Origin: Octopus bimaculoides
Lineage: Eukaryota
Direction of reading: 5' to 3'
NCBI RefSeq assembly: GCF_001194135.2
Contig: NC_068992.1
Location: forward strand, 32,736,286 to 32,768,610
Length of the DNA stretch: 32,325 bases
Shown: positions 11,010-20,310 of the stretch, one piece after another
Numbering within the stretch: position 1 is the first letter of the stretch
How the letters are laid out: every line of letters begins with the position of its first letter
Notes under the pieces: generated by a model
What the model was told of the DNA's origin: nothing
The model's input: only the letters and a program-made list of their open reading frames with translations
Database searches by the model: none
Made by a program: the position numbers and the translations under genes

Positions 11010-11114
11010 AAAAATACACATTAAGTACAGAACATCACCAACGAGCGAAAAATACGTTTTGTGCTTACGTATTTTTCGCTTGTTGGGGATGTCCTGTACT
11101 TAATGTGTATTTTT
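11010..11114. repeat. Near-perfect inverted repeat (48-bp arms, 9-nt loop)
   Basis: Arms 11010-11057 and 11067-11114: 45 Watson-Crick pairs, 1 G:T and 2 mismatches, checked base by base. Confidence 0.97.
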
Positions 11115-11519
11115 AATAAATATATGTATATATATGTATATATATAAAACAAAGGAGGGGATTATTTCCACGCAAGAAAAGTTATAGGCAAGTTTGTTGT
11201 TGAAAATGCCCCTAAATATGGAAAACTTGTAATTGATTTTAAATAAGTTTATTTGCGTATATATCAAACTAGTTTCATCAATATTTTTTGTTCATCAATG
11301 GTAAAAATTTAGAATTATGAATTAGAAAAACATGTTTAAATGTTTCAATGTTAACAAGTTTAAAAGTTCATAACAGTCAATAATATAAGAACTGTAAATG
11401 ATCTTGTTTAAATGCACAAAATTCAATAGTGTTAATAGTAATCGACAAGAAATGAATATCATGAAAGTTTCATTCATACTGAGTTAAGAGGTAGAAAAAC
11501 AAGGGAGAAATGAAGAAAG

Positions 11520-12035
11520 TAAAGAAAAGCGGGTTTGGTTAACAGATTCTGTGATACTCTTTATGTTGTGTGCACCGAATATTCGCTTGTAACACCGTTT
11601 ATTGGAATCCGGTGTATTTATATTTTTTTCCGGGAACAGATCTGATTTTTTATCTGTATAAGTAATGGTGATGTCCTGTTTTTCTGGTGGTCAAGTTTGT
11701 CGTTCTGCTTAGTTGGGTTCCAGCTGGTTGAATTTCTCAAAGGGTCGTTTTCTTGTATTTGCTGAAATTCGGTTTTGATCGGAGATAACATTTCATTGGT
11801 CTAGAGTAATGTGAGTCGGCAACTGGTGTTTGTATTGTAATTTGGAGTTGTTGTTTCGCAACCTGGGTTGAAAGGTGTTACTAAAGTTTTTAAAATTGTC
11901 TGTTGTATCTGGTTGTTTGTTTTTATGGAGACATTGAGTTATTTTCCTTTCCTTCTTTAGTGTCTTTTCTTCTTTCTAAAGGATATTCAGCTGTGTTTTG
12001 TATTTTTAATGAGTTTGCTTTCCTTGTTTAAACGG
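11520..12035 (-). mobile_element. Probable inverted upstream segment of a PLE ORF
   Basis: The minus strand has the A/C-rich skew of PLE sense strands and K/N/Q/T-rich broken frames; it abuts the plus-strand PLE at about 12040. No diagnostic motif. Confidence 0.35.
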
Positions 12036-12039
12036 AATT

Positions 12040-12765
12040 CTATTCTCCTCCGCCACTCAAAACATACTAAAATAAATATACCGTTCAACTTAGCAAGAAA
12101 AATTTCCACGATTGCATCAAATCCTGAAACCCGAGTAAAGCGACTCCAAGAATTTAAAAACACATTACTAGACAGAAAATATCAGGCCGTTATATTCAAA
12201 AATGGAATAGAACGTGCAAAAATGATACACCTCCAAGAGTTACAGAAGACAAAAAAACACCATGACACACTTAAAACTTTATCTTACGTATCAACACACA
12301 GGCCAAGGAACACGGAAGCATACAACATCATCCACCAAAACGTACTCCTCCTTGTGAAGGAGCTGCGAATGAAACAGTTCCTGGAAACACATAGGATTAT
12401 TAAAAGCAAGAGACAACCGCATTTCTTTAAAATTTACTCAACAGAGCCAAATTTCCCACCAAAATTGCAACCCCACTAGTCAAAAAGTGCAACCGCCCTA
12501 ACTGCGGGACTTGCATCTCTTAGAGGGCTGAATATTTAAATTGAAGTCTGGTCAAACTTTTACCACAAAATAATCAATTCACCTATGCTTCGAAGAACTT
12601 GATTTAAGTTCTTAAATGTGGAGGGTGTGGTGGAGACTACATAGGTCAGACTAGTTTAACCTTGAGGGACAGACTAACAGTACACAGACAACAGATCCAG
12701 ACCCCACGATCAGGAAAATTCCCGGAAGCAAACAACTAGACCAATGCCCCGCAAACAATTATTTT
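12040..12765 (+). pseudogene. Second Neptune-like PLE fragment (RT thumb, linker, GIY-YIG)
   Basis: HSKHTKINIPFNLARKI..KRQP, then VKKCNRPNCGTC and ASKNLI*VLKCGGCGGDYIGQTSLTLRDRLTVHRQQI; truncated at both ends. Confidence 0.9.
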
Positions 12766-13625
12766 CCTGGACAGCAGGCAAAAGTGTTGCTTTTCAAATA
12801 GAGATGTTTACTATAATGGATACATTATACGCTTTCAGTTGTATAAACGCTAAAAATAAGTTATGCCAATCTTAAACGACTTCTAAGTTAGTTAATAAAA
12901 ATTTATGCAAGCTTTTGCATTCATTTTTTTTTTTTTTTTGGTTTTGTGATTATTTTTTGTATAGAATAAATTCTTTAACCTACGTCAGTACTTCTAGATT
13001 TATCTAGCTTAGCGGCTTCTTTTCCAAATCAAGTGTATCCGTTATTTTATAGTTTTACGAACTGGAATCGTAGAAATATCACGGCCGGCATGAAGGGACA
13101 TATCATTTTCTTGCTGGCAGCATTTCAGCAGTTCAATTATAGTTATGTTCTATAAAGGAGTATGAATTTTTCGTTTTAAGAGAGGGCAATTAATTGGACT
13201 AAATAGCATGTTAAGTGATTGACAATTATTAAATCATTATTACAATAAAAAATATCTACACAGCCGTTCCAACTATCCCATCAGTATCATGGCTGCCTCT
13301 ATTAAATTCTATCCCCACCGATGTCTCTACAAACAAACACCTTAAAAATACGATACTTTGTAGTATATCTTTAAGTTAATTCAGTTAATTAAACCAGTTT
13401 ACATATTTCTTTTGCATTCTCTCTTTTATAATTGTCCTTTTTCTTGTAACTGCACCATTTCTGTTTTAAAACCCGTAAAAAAATTAATTTTGAGTGTTTT
13501 GGGAGCCTGGAACGGATTAATTATTTAGTTAATTGCAATGGGGAATATTGATTTGTAAAACGAGTATATTGTAAGACGTGCCCAGTTATGGAACGATTTA
13601 AACTCGTACTGCGAGGTATCACTGT

Positions 13626-14232
13626 ATTCTTTTATTCTTTTGCTTGTTTCAATTATTTGACTGCCTCAGTGCTGGAGCATCGCTTTTAGTCTGCCAAATC
13701 GACCCCAGGAGTTATTCTTTGTAAGCCTAGTACTTATTCTATCGGTCTCTTTTGTCGAACTGTTAAGTTGCGGTGATGTAGACACACTGACATTGGTAGT
13801 CAAGCGATNNNNNNNNNNNNNNNNNNNNNNNNNNNNNNNNNNNNNNNNNNNNNNNNNNNNNNNNNNNNNNNNNNNNNNNNNNNNNNNNNNNNNNNNNNNN
13901 NNNNNNNNNNNNNNNNNNNNNNNNNNNNNNNNNNNNNNNNNNNNNNNNNNNNNNNNNNNNNNNNNNNNNNNNNNNNNNNNNNNNNNNNNNNNNNNNNNNN
14001 NNNNNNNNNNNNNNNNNNNNNNNNNNNNNNNNNNNNNNNNNNNNNNNNNNNNNNNNNNNNNNNNNNATATATATATATATATATATATAAAAATAAGACA
14101 GGCTTCTTTCAGCTTCCGTCTATCAATTCTGCTCACATGGCTTTGGGCAGCCCAAGACTATAGTAGAATAGTAGAAGCCCTTGCCGAAGATGTCACGTAG
14201 TGGAACTGAACCCGGAACGATGTGAGTGGGAA
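13626..14232 (-). mobile_element. SINE family A (CORE-like), internal microsatellite collapsed into an N-gap
   Basis: Tail, body (CGACCCCAGG..GTAAGCCTAGTACTTATTCTATCGGTCTC) and head (GGAACTGAACCCGGAAC, reverse complement of a B-box-like motif) are recognisable. Confidence 0.88.
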
Positions 14233-14276
14233 CGCACACATACACATATACTGTAAACTGCTGTTTATATTGATGT

Positions 14277-14308
<32 letters not shown>

Positions 14309-14344
14309 AATATATATATATGCGTTTAAGTGTATATTTGTATA

Positions 14345-14553
14345 TCTTTGTGTATGTGTATTGTGCCCCATCACCACTGGACTACCGGTGTTGTTTTGTT
14401 TACGTCCCTGTAACTTACCGATTCGGTAAAAATGTGTCGAGAGAATAAGTAACAGGCTTAGGAAAAAGTAAAGTACTGAGGTCGAATTTTTCAATCGAAC
14501 TCCCTAGACAGTGCTCCAGTATGGATCCAGCCCAACGACTGACACAAGTAAAT
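14345..14553 (+). mobile_element. SINE family A, 3' half, decayed
   Basis: TTTACGTCCCTGTAACTTACCGATTCGG..GAATAAGTAACAGGCTTA..GTGCTCCAGTATGG..GACTGACACAAGTAAA. Confidence 0.8.
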
Positions 14554-15448
14554 TATACAAGATGTAACACAGATATACGTGTGCATGTATATATAAAGTG
14601 AGGAGGAGGTAAACAAAGAGAAGAGAATAAAGGATGCCCATAATAAACAAAGTTACCTGAAACAATATCCCAGAAGGAGTGAGAAACTAGTAGCTAAATA
14701 TATGACAATAGTGCACAAATGTAACGTAGAACATCAAAAGAAGCAAAAACATTGTTTTGAACCTTTCGTTTCGATTTCCTGGTGTATGATTTTCTTATCT
14801 ATGATAATTAAATGCAACAAAATATGATATTCAGCGTTACTTTTAGCATTGTAATCACACAGAACTATCACAGACTAGCACCACAACTATTTCTTCAAAT
14901 TATTGATACTTCTAAATTTCTAATATTTTTTTTTTCTCTTAATTGCTTCATTGTTTCTGCCGTTCAATGTAGACAATGTGGTTTTGTTTAGAATATATTC
15001 CATTTAACACTTATCTGAAATTTGACAATACTCTTGTACATAAATAAACTATATTTTACACCTGAACTGTGTCAGATTTTGACAACGAATAATCGTAAAA
15101 CTCAAAGATTGTTAAACACTGTAACATTTTGTAGCTTTTTGATAACAAAAACGATTACAATTTTCTTAGTTATATTAAGAATGCCTCATGAGGAAAAATT
15201 ATTTCACTATCGATACTAACTCTCTCATAACATGACAAAATTTTAGATACATACAATTATGTTTGAATTATGTGTGAATGTGTATATGTATATATGTGTG
15301 TATATTGTAATTGTATGAGTATATGGTGCGTTTGTCTTTATAGGTGTACATATATGTCTGCGTAAAAGTGTTAATGTAAGAGTTATTAAAATCTAACTAT
15401 TAAAAACTAATAAGCATTTACTCATGAGAAATTCAAATTTCTTACACA

Positions 15449-16011
15449 TACGAAGTGATATTAAGAGGTCCCGGGACTAGTTCTCTATTGCGCCAATAGA
15501 TGGCAGCATACGGTTGTATGCTCAATGAGTGCAAGCAGTGACCTTCATTAGGTAGTGTGCTGAGTGACATTGCTATTTATAACCCGTAAGTTGCTAAATT
15601 TGTGTTTATCATGGCAGGAAGTTGGAACAAAGATTCAACGTGAAATTTTGCGTCAAAATTGGAAATTCTGCTACAGAAACACTGAGATTGCTTCAGCAAA
15701 CTCTCGACACTCGTGAGTTTCCCTCCAAAACTAACATGGTATCGCTTCCGCAGCCGCCTTATTCGCCAGATTTAGCACCTGCGAACTTCTATCTCTTCTC
15801 CAAGATAAAAATGCAGCTCAAAGGTCGCCGTTTTAATCCCGTTGTCAAGATCCAGAACAAATCGCTAGAGGTCCCCAATTCACTTACGGAAAACTAATTC
15901 CAGGCTGGATTCCCAAAGTGATTATTTCGAAGAAGACTATGTTAAAACTAAGGTGAATATGTTATTTTGTACTAAACGTATCTAGTCAGGGAATTTTTTG
16001 ATACCACTATA
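15449..16011 (+). mobile_element. Internally deleted mariner with degenerate TIRs
   Basis: TIRs TACGAAGTGATATTAAGAGGTCCCGGGACTAG (15449-15480) and CTAGTCAGGGAATTTTTTGATACCACTATA (15982-16011). Residual ORF joins the N-terminus EQRFNVKFCVKIGNSATETLRLLQQ to the C-terminus LPQPPYSPDLAPANFYLFSKIKMQLKGRRF. Confidence 0.9.
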
Positions 16012-16703
16012 TAAGAACAGCAGCGGTTTTTGCAAAATAGTAGTAGGAGTCGCTCGAAGCAAAACTTAAAGTTCCACTCAGCTTCACGTATCTTCACTAG
16101 ATTATAATTTCCTCTCGACCATTTCGTTTCAGTTGTCATTTTACATTCATATTAATAAATAGTGTAAATTTTTCATATTCACTCATAACAATTTAGTCAG
16201 TTTTATAGGCGAATCTATCACATACATACGTTCACATTAAGTTCACAAGTTAGCATTGCTCGAGAACTGGGGGAGTGCGTGAACGTTTCGCCGCATTACA
16301 TACATCTCAGGTTGATGGCATTGCTATGGCAATCATAGATACCTAGGCAAACAGCGGTCTGCTGTTCCTAGGATACTTCTTGGGTCAGATCACGCACATC
16401 TCTGCTATGAATTATCTGTAAAAATATGACAGCATTGGTGCTTTTATATCCGGTTTGCTACCGTTACGTACGCTTGTGCTGTCAGTAACTGTTGTTTAAT
16501 ACTTCATTCCTAGTATCCTTAGAAGATTTGCAGCAACTTGCAGTTATGATAATTGTGACAACTGCAACTGCGGTGTCCCCAAGACGCACTGTGACTAATA
16601 GACCTATCACTTTGTTATACATTATTTACATTACTTACATATGACGGATATTTGTCCTCATCTTGTTTGTTGTTAACACAACGTTTCGGCTGATATACCC
16701 TCT

Positions 16704-17097
16704 TCAGGCAAAACCACCAATAGAAGAGAATATGACCAAAAACTGCGTGTACTCCATACCATGCAGCTGTGGTAGATTATACAAAGGCGAAACATGCCAC
16801 CCCCTTAAAATAAGGGTAAAGGAACATCGCAAACTTGTGACACGAGGAAATATTGATAAATTGGGTATAGCTGATCATGTATGGAAAAATGGAGACCACC
16901 TCTCCCTGTAGGATGAAGTTAAAATAATAGACAGAGAACACCACTGGAAAATACGGAAACTAAAAGAAGCAGCATAAATGCTAGGACACAACAACCTCCT
17001 AAGCAGACCGAGTGCAGATATGAATAGCATATGGGAACCGGTATTAAGTAAGGATAGGAAAATATTAGATTTCTTAACCTTAAAATTCACTCCATAA
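16704..17097 (+). pseudogene. PLE GIY-YIG endonuclease C-terminus
   Basis: KPPIEENMTKNCVYSIPCSCGRLYKGETCHPLKIRVKEHRK..GIADHVWKNGDHLSL*DEVKIIDREHHWKIRKLKEAA*MLGHNNLLSRPSADMNSIWEPVL..FTP*; one frame with two premature stops. Confidence 0.92.
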
Positions 17098-17105
17098 TTG
17101 CCCAC

Positions 17106-17177
17106 GGGCATATGATGTACTGGTTAAGAGCGCGGGCTACTAACCGCAAGATTCCGAGTTCGATTCCAGGCAGTGAT

Positions 17178-17180
<3 letters not shown>
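17106..17180 (+). promoter_or_regulatory. tRNA-derived internal Pol III promoter-like head (not a functional tRNA)
   Basis: A box TGATGTACTGG (17113-17123), B box GTTCGATTC (17158-17166), anticodon-arm-like GCGGG-CTACTAA-CCGC. Acceptor and T stems pair poorly. Confidence 0.75.
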
Positions 17181-17224
<44 letters not shown>

Positions 17225-17235
17225 CAACAACAACA
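17181..17235 (+). repeat. (AAT)n(AAC)n linker
   Basis: Direct inspection. Confidence 0.95.
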
Positions 17236-17282
17236 TCGAAAAATACCTTAGCAATGAGAACCCAGGTTCGAAATTTTCCCAA

Positions 17283-17328
17283 AACACCTGATGAAAGCTG
17301 GCGGGTATATCAGCCAAATAGTTGTGTT
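17283..17328 (+). ncRNA. Minimal type I hammerhead ribozyme motif, mutated in this copy
   Basis: Stem I AACAC/GTGTT; CTGATGA (17288-17294) plus an extra A; stem II GCTG/CAGC. The GAAACGTT half is mutated to AAATAGTT here but intact in the inverted copy (reverse complement of 16676-16692, CAGCCGAAACGTTGTGT). Confidence 0.75.
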
Positions 17329-18385
17329 AACAACAAACAAGAGGAGGACAAATATCTGTCAAATGTAAATAACGCACATAATTCCTCATCTCTGAAATAT
17401 AGAACAGTATTATCACTTTGTTGTATGAGATGCTGCAACCTATCGCTAGTTTTCTGCGTTTTCGGATGGTAGGCCCATTTTACACTTTGTCGAATACTGT
17501 GGGACCTACGACGACAAAAACAATTCGTTTTTGAAAACTCCCTCAACTTTAAATCTCCTTAACAGTGAATGTCTTTTAACATCACGTTAATTTAAGGATC
17601 TAAAGCAGAAGTAACAGCTAATTTGTTCAAAAATGGATGCCATTTGTAGGTCAGTGAAAAAATGAGCCTCCTGTCCGAAATATAACATCATAGAAACGAT
17701 TGTTGAAGACATGCGCCTGGGCAGTTGAATTCCTATAGTGTATGTTTATTGGTTCGAAAGTTGATGTCTTAAACTCATCAGATGGGGCTAAACAGTCAAA
17801 TGTTAACAGTTTTATGAAAGGGCAAAGTTTTCGTTCCTGGATCTACGTTAGAATTACGCCGTTAGCATAAATTTAACAAAGTGATATATCTGTACACGCA
17901 GAACCACATACTTACTTTGGCGTCGGGCCGAAAATAATAATTTCTCAGTTAACTATATCAATACTCTTGTCTTTTTTTAAGTGCGAAACAGTTGCATGAA
18001 GCTAAGATGTATTCATTGGTCCTCCCTCAATATAACCTGTGACAAGATGAAGAGTCAAGAAACAACTGAATGAAAATGTAGATCAATTTAAAGTGCTGTT
18101 TGTAAACATAATCCAAAATCCTGGGGTGCATGGTTTTGTGGCTGGCGACAAAACTGTTACCAGCAAATTTGCTTGGTGTAGAGGATGATTTGGAAATCAT
18201 CCAAAAAGCATCCGAAAAGTAGCACTCAGCTAAGTCAAAACACCGTCAAATTCATTTATTTGTGTATTTCCACAGATCCATTACTGGACTAGATGCCATA
18301 ATGCGAGTTTAACATCTAGAATATATTTTTATGACCTGAACAATATATTAGGTGGGGTTGCGAGGTCTGAAGACAATATCTATAT

Positions 18386-18386
<1 letters not shown>

Positions 18387-18422
<36 letters not shown>

Positions 18423-18448
18423 TGTGCGTGCGTGTGTGTCTGCGTGTG
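18387..18448. repeat. (TG)n microsatellite
   Basis: Direct inspection. Confidence 0.95.
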
Positions 18449-19020
18449 TTCTCTTATTCTTTTATTTTTTACTTGTTTCAGTCATTTTACTGCGGGCACG
18501 CTGGAGCATCACCTTTAGTCGAAATATCGACCCCAGGACTTATTTTTTGTAAGCCTAGTACTTATTCTATCGCTGTCTTTTGCCGAACCGCTACGTTACG
18601 GAGACGCAAACACACTAACATCGGTTGTAAAGCGATGGTGGGGGAACNNNNNNNNNNNNNNNNNNNNNNNNNNNNNNNNNNNNNNNNNNNNNNNNNNNNN
18701 NNNNNNNNNNNNNNNNNNNNNNNNNNNNNNNNNNNNNNNNNNNNNNNNNNNNNNNNNNNNNNNNNNNNNNNNNNNNNNNNNNNNNNNNNNNNNNNNNNNN
18801 NNNNNNNNNNNNNNNNNNNNNNNNNNNNNNNNNNNNNNNNNNNNNNNNNNNNNNNNNNNNNNNNNNNNNNNNNNNNNNNNNNNNNNNNNNNNNNNNNNNN
18901 NNNNNNNNNNNNNNNNNNNNNNNNNNNNNNNNNNNNNNNNNNNNNNNNNNNNNNNNNNNNNNNNNNNNNNNNNNNNNNNNNNNNNNNNNNNNNNNNNNNN
19001 NNNNTATATGTATATATATG

Positions 19021-19055
<35 letters not shown>

Positions 19056-19098
19056 GATAGGCTTCTTTCAATTTCAGTGTACCAAATCTACTCACAAG
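18449..19098 (-). mobile_element. SINE family A, 5'-truncated, with an N-gap in its internal microsatellite
   Basis: Tail TTTTACTTGTTTCAGTCATTT and body CGACCCCAGGAC..GTAAGCCTAGTACTTATTCTATCG..CATCGGTTG; after the gap GGCTTCTTTCAATTTC..CCAAATCTACTCACAAG. Confidence 0.9.
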
Positions 19099-19780
19099 AA
19101 AAGAGTCTATAAAGGCGTTGAAAGTCCAGACACAAGGATGGGAAATACCAGTTCGTAGCCAAAGTAGTTGAGGCGCTGTAACAAGAAGTTGTGGCGGCAA
19201 TGCAGAGACGAGGAGAGGCACATGGTGTATAAGAAGTTGAGGCTTCAATGCTGCTGCCGGTTACTTAGTACAGGAGTTCTTGCAGGTTGTATTCGCTGTT
19301 AACCAAGGTGAAGTAATTCACAAACAGTGAGGTGATAGAAACTGTGCGGCTGCTGTTGGTGGTGTGTACGTAGAGAAATTGGTGTAGACGCTAAGAAGCT
19401 GGGGGTGATGAAGATGAAGTGTCGTAAGTGTTGCTGTTCTCCATGAGGCTGCTGTTGTGTCCTCGCTGGAACTAGCTGTGTGATCTGTGTGATCTGTGCT
19501 CTGTGGCCAGCGGCTAGACCTCATAACGTCTGGAGCCAGACTGATAAACTGTGTCGGAGAAAAGCTAGCTATTTATACCATAATGTCGGCTCAAACTGGT
19601 GTTCAGAAAAGACTGTCTCACGCGACCTTATCTGAAGGCTGCAATTGGTAGGGTTGCGCGCAATAGAACAGGAGACAAATTGCGTCAATACGAACCAATC
19701 AGAGTGGTGGACACAACAGAGTCCAAAAGTGCGGCCGAAGGCTAGCTGTTAACCACTACCTCCGTATTTATGTATATATA

Positions 19781-19783
<3 letters not shown>
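19099..19783 (-). mobile_element. Putative LTR with PBS-like site and start of an internal region
   Basis: Minus strand starts TGTTA (19783); CCAAT/CRE-like cluster; TATAAATA (19577-19570); Inr-like TCAGTC about 35 nt downstream; ends ..CAACTAC followed by TGGCTACGAAC (19161-19151). No second LTR or gag/pol seen. Confidence 0.45.
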
Positions 19784-19784
<1 letters not shown>

Positions 19785-19858
<74 letters not shown>

Positions 19859-19879
19859 AGAGAGAATGAGAGAGAGAGA
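19785..19879. repeat. (GA)n microsatellite
   Basis: Direct inspection. Confidence 0.97.
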
Positions 19880-19890
19880 AGTACGCTACA

Positions 19891-20310
19891 CACTCATTTT
19901 CCAAGTTTAGGAACCTTTCCAAGTTGTTGAAGATGATGATGAACAGTTGTATGGTTTGAACTAAGCTTTATTGCCAATTCTCCAACTGATAATGCAGGAT
20001 TTTCTTCAAGTAATGCCTCAAGGATCTTATCATCAAACTCAACTGGACGTCCTGTTCGATCTTCATCTTCAACGCTGAAATCTCCACTTCTGAATTATGC
20101 AAACCCTCTTCTGCAAGTTCTTTTATTCAAGCATTCTTTCCCATAAACCGAGTGTATGTTTCGAGTCGCTTCAACTGCTGAGTTTCCTTTTTTGTACTCA
20201 TAAAGCATTATGTGCCTCAAATGCTCTTTGGATACTTCCATGTTAGAAAGTGTTTTAATCAAAAAAATGTTAATTCTATTATTCTGTAAAATAGATTGAT
20301 GAACCTGATA
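19891..20310 (-). mobile_element. Mariner 5' fragment (DNA-binding domain)
   Basis: ATG at 20241: MEVSKEHLRHIMLYEYKKGNSAVEATRNIHSVYGKECLNKRTCRRGFA*FRSGDFSVEDEDRTGRPVEFDDKILEALLEENPALSVGELAIKLSSNHTTVHHHLQQLGKVPKLGK*V, truncated at the WVPH motif. Possible TIR start TATCAGGTT at 20310. Confidence 0.92.

Larger units (their letters stand above)
16620..17410 (+). mobile_element. 5'-truncated Penelope/Poseidon-type PLE with inverted 5' pLTR and target-site duplication
   Basis: TSD TATCACTTTGTT(A/G)TA at 16605-16619 and 17411-17425. 16620-16703 is the reverse complement of the 3' pLTR region (about 17300-17375). GIY-YIG remnant at 16704-17097. Confidence 0.93.

Noticed and set aside
14597-14825. 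Stop-free frame SEEEVNKEKRIKDAH..
   Set aside because: No early start codon, no splice acceptor and no recognisable motif; purine-rich composition explains the lack of stops.
15622-15897. In-frame mariner N/C-terminal fusion ORF as a possible repressor protein
   Set aside because: The track start is a TTG; the real ATG at 15611 is out of frame and stops after 10 codons, and most of the HTH is deleted.
16342-16571. Small hairpins CCTAGG-CAAACAGC-GGTCT-GCTGTT-CCTAGG (16342-16372) and TTGCAGTT/AACTGCAA (about 16538-16567)
   Set aside because: Short stems (8-12 bp) with no supporting context.
17106-17178. Functional tRNA gene (ACT anticodon)
   Set aside because: The acceptor stem does not pair, the T stem has two mismatches and it sits inside a retroelement; treated as a tRNA-derived head.
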